IMG/VR virus record: IMGVR_UViG_3300042197_004918
Location: 32,001-96,000 of that record
DNA length: 64,000 nucleotides
Strand: one strand, 5' to 3'
Source of the DNA: a virus
The notes beneath the pieces are model-generated. The model was not told the DNA's origin and ran no database searches. It saw nothing but the letters and a program-made list of their open reading frames with translations. The translations under genes were made by a program, and so were the position numbers. This document shows positions 38,070-46,090 of this stretch, in pieces; positions within the stretch are counted from its first letter, which is position 1, and every line of letters begins with the position of its first letter.

Positions 38070-38941
38070 AATACAAAAAATTACTTCCCTTCCACGATGA
38101 TGTCAAAGTTATGACTCAATTTGGAATGCTCCCATTGTCTGTTATGGAGTTTGCTAACGATGATAAATGGAACATTGCATACTTTGAACAGGATGAGTCT
38201 GAGAAACGTCGGTCGGATGATTGTGAATATCTTTCTGGATTGGGGATGAGCGAGTTCAGCAGTGCTATCTGTGAATTTATTGTGAGATATTGGAGTTTGG
38301 AGAATGCCAATATAGTTGACCCGTTCGCTGGAAGAGCTACGAGGGCCATCATTGCTTCAAAGTTAAATCGAAAGTATTGTGGATATGAAATCTCTCCAAA
38401 AACATACACTCGTAGTCAAGAACAATACTTAAAGGCCAAGGTTGACCCGATTTTATATCTATCCGACGGCTGTTTTATGAAAGAGACTCCGGATGACTTT
38501 GCCCACTTGGTTATGACCTGTCCGCCATACGGTTCGATTGAGAAATATGAAAGCGTTCCCGGTCAACTGAGCGACAAGAAGAATTATGACGAATTCTTGG
38601 CATCTGTAAGTGTCTGTGTATCCAATATACAACGTGTTTTGAAGCCTGGAGGGTTTTGTTGTTGGGTTGTAGGAGATTGGAGAGATGGGTCTGGGTATCA
38701 CCAGTTTGGTAGCGACAGTATTCAATTGTTTAAAAAGAACGGATTGATTCCCCATGACACCATTATTATAAAGAACAACTCCCCATTCGCGGCCCTACAA
38801 GCTGGTAAATCCGCCAGCAAGAGGATTTCTTCAAAGATTCACGAATACCTCCTTGTTTTCAGAAAAGAGGGTGAGTTGGATTTAACTGGTCTAAAGATGG
38901 AAGAGATTAACAAAACAGCAACGGAGTTTTTTGAATTATGA
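38066..38941 (+). CDS. DNA amino-methyltransferase (N4-C/N6-A)
   Basis: DPFAG SAM motif, TCPPY catalytic motif, LKPGG, HEYLLVF; ends TEFFEL. Confidence 0.88.
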   Translation: MKYKKLLPFHDDVKVMTQFGMLPLSVMEFANDDKWNIAYFEQDESEKRRSDDCEYLSGLGMSEFSSAICEFIVRYWSLENANIVDPFAGRATRAIIASKLNRKYCGYEISPKTYTRSQEQYLKAKVDPILYLSDGCFMKETPDDFAHLVMTCPPYGSIEKYESVPGQLSDKKNYDEFLASVSVCVSNIQRVLKPGGFCCWVVGDWRDGSGYHQFGSDSIQLFKKNGLIPHDTIIIKNNSPFAALQAGKSASKRISSKIHEYLLVFRKEGELDLTGLKMEEINKTATEFFEL

Positions 38942-39093
38942 GAATGTCAGATACACTACTGCTTGAATGGGAGAATTTGGTGATAGATTTTATAAATAGG
39001 GGAATGGGTGCGTCGGATGCTCGGACCCGTGCAACAGAAATAATGGAAGATAGGTATAACAAGTTTACAACGTCAAATGACGTGATAGAGTAA
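38938..39093 (+). CDS. small hypothetical protein (51 aa, not in ORF track)
   Basis: ATGA overlap with the MTase stop. Confidence 0.4.
   Translation: MRMSDTLLLEWENLVIDFINRGMGASDARTRATEIMEDRYNKFTTSNDVIE
39064..39091 (+). promoter_or_regulatory. promoter of clamp gene with palindromic operator candidate
   Basis: TTTACA-16 bp-TAGAGT; spacer contains ACGTCA-AA-TGACGT. Confidence 0.55.
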
Positions 39094-39112
39094 TAACAGT
39101 CTTAAACAAAAT

Positions 39113-39853
39113 ATGAAAAAACAACTCGTAGATACATTCATCAAGAAATATTCACTCAATGGAATCATAGATTCCGTAAAGTGGACTGTAGATTCCACCA
39201 AGAAGACGTTGACAACCAACGCCATCACCGAAGAGAAGAACGTCTTGATTGCGGTTGAGATAGCCAACTTCGACGCATTGACCGAAAACTGTGAGGTCGG
39301 CGTGTATGAAACATCAAGGCTTTCAAAGATGTTGGCGGTATTATCCGACACGGTTGAGTTGACCTTGAACAAGAAAGATGACCGTATTACATCCGTAAAC
39401 TTCTCGGACGACGTAACCACCGCCCAATTTATTACCTCGGATTTGTCCGTCATTCCGTCGGCCCCAAATTTGAAGAAACTCCCTGAGTTTACCATTGAAG
39501 TCGAACTTGACGCAGATTTCGTCGGACGATTCGTAAAGGCCAAGAATGCTCTTCCAGAAGTTGATACGTTCACACTTCTTATGAACAAGAAGAAGAAGCT
39601 TGAGATGGTTTTGGGCCATTCCAACTTGAATAGCAACCGAATCACCTTGGGCATCACCGCCAAGGATGGAATGAACACCGTCGAACGCAATCTCAGTTTT
39701 AATGCCAAGTATTTCAAGGAGATTCTCACCGCCAATGGAGACTGTGCAGCAGCCGTTCTTCGTGTAAGTAACTCCGGATTATCCACCGTAGAATTCAAGA
39801 ACTCTGACTTCACCTCAACCTATTACATGGTCGAAGTCAAGATGGTTGACTAA
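39113..39853 (+). CDS. sliding clamp (T4 gp45/PCNA-like)
   Basis: 246 aa two-domain alpha/beta pattern; GVYETSRL and FNAKYFKEIL..N; directly upstream of clamp loader. Confidence 0.8.
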   Translation: MKKQLVDTFIKKYSLNGIIDSVKWTVDSTKKTLTTNAITEEKNVLIAVEIANFDALTENCEVGVYETSRLSKMLAVLSDTVELTLNKKDDRITSVNFSDDVTTAQFITSDLSVIPSAPNLKKLPEFTIEVELDADFVGRFVKAKNALPEVDTFTLLMNKKKKLEMVLGHSNLNSNRITLGITAKDGMNTVERNLSFNAKYFKEILTANGDCAAAVLRVSNSGLSTVEFKNSDFTSTYYMVEVKMVD

Positions 39854-39865
39854 CTCACTAAAAAT

Positions 39866-40825
39866 ATGAGCTTCAGTTTTGAAGAGGATGATGCCCCAAG
39901 GGGCAAGAACGCCCACACACTCTGGGTAGAGAAGTATCGGCCAGACACACTGGAAGGATATATTGGAAATGAACACCTTAAAGAAACGGTCAAGGCGTTC
40001 TTATCTCGTAAAGATATTCCTCACTTGATGTTCTACGGAACCGCTGGTGTCGGTAAGACGACCCTTGCCAAATTGATAACCAAGAACATTCCGTGTGACG
40101 TATTATATGTCAACGCTAGTGATGAGACGGGGGTTGACACGGTAAGAACAAAGATAAAAGGTTTCGCCTCAACAACGGGGTTCAAACCCCTCAAGGTGAT
40201 TATTTTAGATGAGTCGGATTTCTTGTCACAAGAATCCCAAGCAGCGCTCCGTAACTTAATGGAGACGTTCAGCCTCTCTACGAGATTCATTCTGACTTGT
40301 AACTATCAAGAGAAGATGATTCCCGCTCTTGTTTCACGGTGTCAGACGTATCAGATAAATCCGATAAGTAAGAAAGAAGTGGCGCTTCATTTGAAGGGGA
40401 TTATTGAAAAGGAATCCATCAAATTTAAGATAGAAGACGTCGCACATATAGTGAACACCTATTATCCTGACATACGGAAGGTGTTGAACTACACCCAACA
40501 AAGTGTATTGGCTGGCGAATTGAAATTAAATGCCCACGACGCGGTGGGAACCGACCTAAAGAACAAATTGATAGAAGTGTTGAAGACGGATACTAACATT
40601 CAGTCGGCATTCACGACAATAAGACAGTTGGTTGCTGACAACGACATCAAAATGTTCGATGATTACTATTCTCTGTTGTATGAGAAGTCCGAAGAATATG
40701 CTCGTGGAAAAGACGTGGCGGTAATTCTGACCATCGCTGAATACGTCCACCAAAACACGTTGGTAGTAGATAAAGAAATTACCTTCATGGCTTGTATCGC
40801 CGCAATTCTGAAATCCTTGAAGTGA
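39866..40825 (+). CDS. clamp loader ATPase subunit (T4 gp44/RFC-like)
   Basis: LWVEKYRP, GTAGVGKTT, NASDE, ILDESD, SRC motif. Confidence 0.95.
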   Translation: MSFSFEEDDAPRGKNAHTLWVEKYRPDTLEGYIGNEHLKETVKAFLSRKDIPHLMFYGTAGVGKTTLAKLITKNIPCDVLYVNASDETGVDTVRTKIKGFASTTGFKPLKVIILDESDFLSQESQAALRNLMETFSLSTRFILTCNYQEKMIPALVSRCQTYQINPISKKEVALHLKGIIEKESIKFKIEDVAHIVNTYYPDIRKVLNYTQQSVLAGELKLNAHDAVGTDLKNKLIEVLKTDTNIQSAFTTIRQLVADNDIKMFDDYYSLLYEKSEEYARGKDVAVILTIAEYVHQNTLVVDKEITFMACIAAILKSLK

Positions 40826-41358
40826 CCAATATACTTAAAAACTCGAAGGTGTATCTGGCAGGGAATATGGAACACACTGCTGGTGCCGAGGGTTGGCGGG
40901 AATTTGTAAAAGAACAATTGTCTCCAATCGGCGTAAACATATTATCTCCAATAGATACAAAGTTCCGTGGATACCCAGTGGAGTCTCGTGAAGATATACT
41001 ACGGATGAAGCAAGAACGAAGTAACGGGAATTTAGAACTGGTGTCTGAATACATGAAACGTGTAATTAGGAAAGACCTGAGGCTCATAGATTTGTCAGAC
41101 TTCGTTATTGTGAACATGGAGGTCCTAAAGCCTACATTCGGAACCATGCACGAACTTGTTATAGCTGGACAACAGAAAAAGCCCATATTCCTATCCGTCT
41201 CGGAGGGTAAACGTGAATGCCCATTGTGGATATTAGGATTAGTGAACCCGAAGTTTATATACAACAGCATAGAAGATGTGGTGGAGACTGTTCTAAAAAT
41301 AGACAACGGTTCCATAGAAATGAACCCCGAACGGTGGAGACTGTTGGAAACCAGTTGA
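40822..41358 (+). CDS. nucleoside 2-deoxyribosyltransferase-like protein
   Basis: VYLAG, DL..ID.SDFVIV, GTMHE, KPIF; GTG start overlapping upstream stop. Confidence 0.75.
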   Translation: MTNILKNSKVYLAGNMEHTAGAEGWREFVKEQLSPIGVNILSPIDTKFRGYPVESREDILRMKQERSNGNLELVSEYMKRVIRKDLRLIDLSDFVIVNMEVLKPTFGTMHELVIAGQQKKPIFLSVSEGKRECPLWILGLVNPKFIYNSIEDVVETVLKIDNGSIEMNPERWRLLETS

Positions 41359-41378
41359 CATCAACTACATATTAAAAG

Positions 41379-41404
41379 AAACCGGCCAAACAGGTCGGTT
41401 TTTT
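41379..41404 (+). terminator. rho-independent terminator
   Basis: aaaccggcc-aaaca-ggtcggttt followed by T run. Confidence 0.75.
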
Positions 41405-41430
41405 AGTTTGTATAAACGGAATCGGCTTGA

Positions 41431-41437
41431 TATTTAT
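41431..41437 (+). promoter_or_regulatory. TATTTAT putative phage late promoter
   Basis: Motif 6 nt before ATG 41444; same motif and spacing at 48740, 50310 and 61741-61747 (-). Confidence 0.55.
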
Positions 41438-41443
41438 AGGATA

Positions 41444-41989
41444 ATGAAAATAAACGAGAACGATCTAGGGGATAGGATGATTCTAGGCCTACCGGCAAAT
41501 ACATTCGGTATAGTAAATCCTGGCGTGGGAACCTTCGCTTCCCCAGCGGTTTCTCAGAATCCGACCAGTTTCTTTCCCGATGGTTCGGATAAAGCCGGTC
41601 AAGTAAACCACAACGATGACGTGGGACAGTTGACCAAGAAGGATATTGAAAACATAAAATCCAAAGTCACTCCTGATGAAGTGTTGTGTGGAATTGAATA
41701 CGAACTGAAGCGGATGTTACAGCCCAATAAAGACCAAGCTAAAGCGATTGTTGTCAAACACCTAAAGTCTGACCCCAAATACTACTCCAGTCTTAATATG
41801 TTGATTAAAGGTGACGAACGAGTGAATGAGTCGGTTGACAAGGAAGCTGAGAAGAAAAAGGCTTTTGAAGAAATTTTTGCCGGTATATCAAACAAGCAGA
41901 AGAAATTGTCTGAAAGACCCGTGGATCAACGAGTAGTTGATGCATATAAGGAAACCGCAAAAGAACGTAAAGAAAGGTATGGACGATAA
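41444..41989 (+). CDS. DUF5661-like putative virion protein, paralog 1
   Basis: GIEYEL...AK.IV..HL..DPKYYS.L. Confidence 0.6.
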   Translation: MKINENDLGDRMILGLPANTFGIVNPGVGTFASPAVSQNPTSFFPDGSDKAGQVNHNDDVGQLTKKDIENIKSKVTPDEVLCGIEYELKRMLQPNKDQAKAIVVKHLKSDPKYYSSLNMLIKGDERVNESVDKEAEKKKAFEEIFAGISNKQKKLSERPVDQRVVDAYKETAKERKERYGR

Positions 41990-41992
41990 CTT

Positions 41993-42592
41993 ATGGATTT
42001 AAAAGACTTTTACCCAGAATTCCCCGCACAGGTCCACCAAGACGTCCTGCCCGGAGGCGTCGCCGACAATGCTTCTCCGACCCCACTAGATGTCAACGAA
42101 TTGGCTATGGGAATCAAAGTCGAATTGGAACACACGAACGACCCAAAGATCGCTGTGGAGATAGCCTTGGACCATATCAGAGAAACTCCTGATTACTACT
42201 CAAGACTGTCAACGACCGGACTTTCACCTGAAATCAGCCCGGAACCAAATCAGGCAAGTAAATCGACTCCTCCTATGGGCGGAGACAGCCCAACCGTTTC
42301 ACCTTGCTGCCAAGATAAAGCTGCGGTAGTCAGCAGCCCGGTTATGGAAGATAAATCCACAACCACTTACGACCAATACAAAGACATTGCTAGGAAAGTC
42401 ATAGGACATCTTATGAAAATGTCCAAGAAAAATCCAAAGAACTATTCTGAAGCTGAAAGGGAACTCACACCGAGTCTCGTCAAGAGTGTCTTGATAGGGT
42501 TGGGTGATAGTGACCCGAAATTAAGCGCTGAATTGACCAAGGCCGGAGAGTTTGCTCATAAACCAAAAAAGGTAAGAATGAAGTCAGAGTGA
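41993..42592 (+). CDS. DUF5661-like putative virion protein, paralog 2
   Basis: ELAMGIKVELEHT.D..IA.EIALDH..E.PDYYSRL. Confidence 0.7.
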   Translation: MDLKDFYPEFPAQVHQDVLPGGVADNASPTPLDVNELAMGIKVELEHTNDPKIAVEIALDHIRETPDYYSRLSTTGLSPEISPEPNQASKSTPPMGGDSPTVSPCCQDKAAVVSSPVMEDKSTTTYDQYKDIARKVIGHLMKMSKKNPKNYSEAERELTPSLVKSVLIGLGDSDPKLSAELTKAGEFAHKPKKVRMKSE

Positions 42593-42594
42593 TT

Positions 42595-43899
42595 ATGCTG
42601 ATAGAGAGCCCAGATAAACTCATTGTAAATGGGAGGAAACTGTCTTGGATAGACGGAACCACTTTCTTTGCGTTCAAGACTCCACAGGGAAAGACTCACA
42701 TAGCGATAACCTCTGGAAGCGGAACGGAGTTTCTTTTACAGATAAATCAAGTGGATCTCACGGATTATATCAAGAAAAATATGCCCGAGCTTGCGGTATA
42801 TTTGGACCATGAGAGTCTCGCAAACGTCCTACATCAGTTAAAGCCAGAGATGATAAAGGATAAGATGAATCGTGAAGAGTTTGAGTTCAGTGGAAGACTT
42901 TGGAACGGTAACGGGCGAAACTACATTTCATTTTGGAACAACAAAAAATCTGTAGATAAATCTCTCTTGGATAAGTTCATGGGATATGCAAAAGTAAATT
43001 ATCAGAACACGGTGTTTGAGTTCCCAAATAACCAAGGAGATTACAAGCCGTATGATGAGATAGTGGACAAACCCACAACGTCTTCTCAGAAAAGCGCGGA
43101 AGACAAATTCATGTCTCAGATACACACTTTACCTCCGGGAGCAAAAAAGTGGGCAATGAGAGGAATGAGTATGAGAGAGGCTCTGTTTAGCGAGTCTCCT
43201 GATAATATCTATCCGTTTGAAGGCGACCCCTCGGAGGAACTTACATTTGAATCTAATGAGGTAACGTCGGTATTTTCAATTTTCAAAGACACGGTTACGA
43301 ATAAAATCAGAATGATTGTGGCATTTTGTAAGAACGGAGAAGCATACAAAATAACGACCGGAGATAAAGATTTAGATGCTGAAATAGACGTTAATAAGAT
43401 GGTTGAGGATAATCGGGGATTTGCCATGATACACTCTAATCTACTTGCTCCGATTGCACGGAGAATAAGTGATTTCGGCGACACCTATGAGATGAGAGAC
43501 TTTGCTCGACTATCTGGAAGAACATTTCTGGTCGAAGGAAAAACCTTTATATCCGTTTGGAACGAAATACGTTTTCTTGTGAGAGAAAAACGACAGATAG
43601 ATATTCTCATTGAGAAACTAGGTGCGACGAAGGAGAAGGTTCTTTTTGAAACGGTGGATTTTCCTGGGGAGTATAAAAGTTACAGTGAGATTTACGGTTC
43701 AGTTGAGAAAAAGAAATCGGCCCTTTCTTCCGAACAGATAAAGGATTTGATGAAAAAACAACACTTAGACCCGAGAGCAAAGAAGATACTTCGCACTCTG
43801 GCGTCGAGCGACAAACACTTAGATTCACTAAGTCGTGCAGCCAACGGTATGAACATCACAGTAGCTCAGTTGAAGAATATGATGACCGCAGGAGATTGA
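42595..43899 (+). CDS. protein with two tandem homologous domains, putative head protein
   Basis: Repeated ESPD...SGR(LW/TF)..G..(Y/F)IS(F/V)WN...FE...G(D/E)YK.Y.EI. Confidence 0.65.
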   Translation: MLIESPDKLIVNGRKLSWIDGTTFFAFKTPQGKTHIAITSGSGTEFLLQINQVDLTDYIKKNMPELAVYLDHESLANVLHQLKPEMIKDKMNREEFEFSGRLWNGNGRNYISFWNNKKSVDKSLLDKFMGYAKVNYQNTVFEFPNNQGDYKPYDEIVDKPTTSSQKSAEDKFMSQIHTLPPGAKKWAMRGMSMREALFSESPDNIYPFEGDPSEELTFESNEVTSVFSIFKDTVTNKIRMIVAFCKNGEAYKITTGDKDLDAEIDVNKMVEDNRGFAMIHSNLLAPIARRISDFGDTYEMRDFARLSGRTFLVEGKTFISVWNEIRFLVREKRQIDILIEKLGATKEKVLFETVDFPGEYKSYSEIYGSVEKKKSALSSEQIKDLMKKQHLDPRAKKILRTLASSDKHLDSLSRAANGMNITVAQLKNMMTAGD

Positions 43900-43901
43900 T
43901 T

Positions 43902-44513
43902 ATGATAAGCGAAAAAAGAAAAAGAGCAATATTGAATGCCAAGTTAATCAAGGACACTCCTTTAAACGAGATAAATTACAGGAGCATTGCTGCGGCCGGA
44001 TTGCTTGGATTATCTTCGCTCACTTCTCCATCGGATGCAGCGGAGAAGAAACCGTTGGAGAAATCTGCTCCGGTTAAATATCCATATACGGTGGAGGATG
44101 TTATAGCAGCAACTCTTGTGGATGAAGCCGGTGGTGAGAAGGATGCCGAACGTGGTATGACTGCTGTTTTGAACGTTCTTATGAAACGTGCGAAGGGGGA
44201 TTTTAGACGTGCTGGAGCAGAATGTTTGAAACCAAAACAATTTAGTGGGTGGAATCCGGTGAATAAATCGGATATGAATAGTGTAAATAAGTTTATAGAA
44301 TCCAAGCGAAAACATTCTAAGTATAACATGGCACTAAAACTGGCCGCTCAGGCTAGAGCCGGTAACTTGAAAGATGTAACAAATGGTGCCGACCACTTTC
44401 TAAATGTAAATCTGACCAAGGCACAATCGTCGAAGTCAAGTCTACCAAGTTGGTTCGACCCAAAAAAAGTCACAACCACCATAGGAAATCACACGTTTTT
44501 GAAATTAGGATAA
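43902..44513 (+). CDS. cell wall hydrolase (SleB/Hydrolase_2)
   Basis: EAGGE, AVLNV..KR, QFSGWN, TNGADHF, IGNHTF. Confidence 0.88.
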   Translation: MISEKRKRAILNAKLIKDTPLNEINYRSIAAAGLLGLSSLTSPSDAAEKKPLEKSAPVKYPYTVEDVIAATLVDEAGGEKDAERGMTAVLNVLMKRAKGDFRRAGAECLKPKQFSGWNPVNKSDMNSVNKFIESKRKHSKYNMALKLAAQARAGNLKDVTNGADHFLNVNLTKAQSSKSSLPSWFDPKKVTTTIGNHTFLKLG

Positions 44514-44517
44514 ATTT

Positions 44518-44778
44518 ATGGAAGAGTTCAGAACTTTAAATTTTGGGGGTCACGACCCGATTCACAATATGCTTGTCCGTAGGAAAAACGGCGAAGCAGA
44601 ACTACCAGCGGTAGTTAAGCACAACGAACAAGATGTTCTTGAGCTGAAAGAATTTTGTCAGCGTCACGGCATCATTGGAGCTAATTTCGGAGGTATGTCT
44701 CCACGCGCAGCTCTGAATATGCTTAAATCTAGGTATGGAGAATCCATGAAGCCACAGAAGGTTCTATTGAAAGGATAA
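44518..44778 (+). CDS. hypothetical protein
   Basis: 86-aa ORF in operon. Confidence 0.65.
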   Translation: MEEFRTLNFGGHDPIHNMLVRRKNGEAELPAVVKHNEQDVLELKEFCQRHGIIGANFGGMSPRAALNMLKSRYGESMKPQKVLLKG

Positions 44779-44780
44779 CT

Positions 44781-45746
44781 ATGAAAATGAAGATAATGTT
44801 TTTGATTGGGTTGTTGGCCTTATCCACGAGTTGTGTACACGTAAGGGATTTGATTGGGTCATCCACGTCTAAATCTGAAGATAAACTTGATAAGAAAAAG
44901 ATAGAACTTCAGTTGAAGAAGGATGAACTTTCTAAAAACAACGAAGTCAAGTTGAAGCAAATTGGGACGCTTTCAAAGGGCGTCGATCATGCACTTAACA
45001 CTGAAACCAATAAATCCAAACCGATAGATGTTGCCAAAGAACTGAATGATAGGGTGTCGTCTTTGGCCAGTAATCCTGATATAAAAGATGTAAACCGAAT
45101 AAAGAAAGTCGTCGATGACCTTGTATCCGAAGTAGAGAAGGAGAGAAAGGTCGGGGAGATGGAATTGACCAAGTTGGACAAAGAACTCCAATATGTCCAG
45201 TCGGAAAGAGATTTGATAAAGACTGCCTACGAGAAGAAGTCGGCTGAATATGCTGCGATTAGTGAAAAAATTGCAGAAGACAATGATAAAAACGAAGCAA
45301 TAGTTGGTGAGATGGACAAGTGGTTTGGATTGGGTGCCGTTTGGTATGGTGTAAAGAAATTCTTAATATCTGCGGTATGGATACTCTCTATCGGAACCAT
45401 AGTGTTCTTGGTGTTGAGAGTGTTATCACAGACGAATCCGGTTGCTGCAGCGGTGTTTGGGTTGTTCGAGATGGCCGGCAGCGCAGTATTACAATTAGTG
45501 AAGGTAGCTATACCAAATTCATTCAGCTACGCGAAATTTGTTGACAAGGGAACGTCTGAAAAATACCGTGGAACATTGGATAAAATCCTAGATACTCTCC
45601 AAGTGTTAAAAGAACAGAACAAACTTGCTCCTGATGATAAGAAGATAGACCTGGAGATGATTTTTGCTGAACTCGATAAGAAATTGGACGATGCTGAGAA
45701 GAGGGTTGTTACCGAAAGACTCCAATCTATGAATTGGAAAATATAA
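44781..45746 (+). CDS. lipoprotein with coiled coil and internal TM segments (spanin-like)
   Basis: Signal plus lipobox-like LSTSC; long coiled coil; hydrophobic FLISAVWILSIGTIVFLVL. Confidence 0.6.
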   Translation: MKMKIMFLIGLLALSTSCVHVRDLIGSSTSKSEDKLDKKKIELQLKKDELSKNNEVKLKQIGTLSKGVDHALNTETNKSKPIDVAKELNDRVSSLASNPDIKDVNRIKKVVDDLVSEVEKERKVGEMELTKLDKELQYVQSERDLIKTAYEKKSAEYAAISEKIAEDNDKNEAIVGEMDKWFGLGAVWYGVKKFLISAVWILSIGTIVFLVLRVLSQTNPVAAAVFGLFEMAGSAVLQLVKVAIPNSFSYAKFVDKGTSEKYRGTLDKILDTLQVLKEQNKLAPDDKKIDLEMIFAELDKKLDDAEKRVVTERLQSMNWKI

Positions 45747-45790
45747 TTAGTTGAAATAACGTGGCGAAAGGTATATATTGCCAACACGTT

Positions 45791-46090
45791 ATGAAGTATT
45801 ATATTGTAGACACAACACAGTCGGACAAACCTAAAGCATTTGACACGCTACAGAGATTAGTAGAACATCTCGAAGGAACGGTAAAACGCAGATTTAGATG
45901 TGACCGGGCAGCTTACATGGATAACCTCGTAAGCCTCGGTTATGGTTACGATGATGCCGAGGGTGCTACGTTCACCACTTCTCTCTCCGAACATTTTAAT
46001 ATTGGGGTTGTTCGTGACGGGAAACTTCTTAGAACGAACGTCCACGAGGCCGCGACCCACAATAAGTTTCGGGGACAAACGGGAGATTAA
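45791..46090 (+). CDS. hypothetical protein
   Basis: Follows TTGAAA-17-TATATT promoter candidate at 45751-45779. Confidence 0.6.
   Translation: MKYYIVDTTQSDKPKAFDTLQRLVEHLEGTVKRRFRCDRAAYMDNLVSLGYGYDDAEGATFTTSLSEHFNIGVVRDGKLLRTNVHEAATHNKFRGQTGD

Noticed and set aside
39073-39813. 246-aa antisense ORF (and other antisense/alternate-frame ORFs in the track)
   Set aside because: Shadows of well-supported genes; no motifs or expression signals
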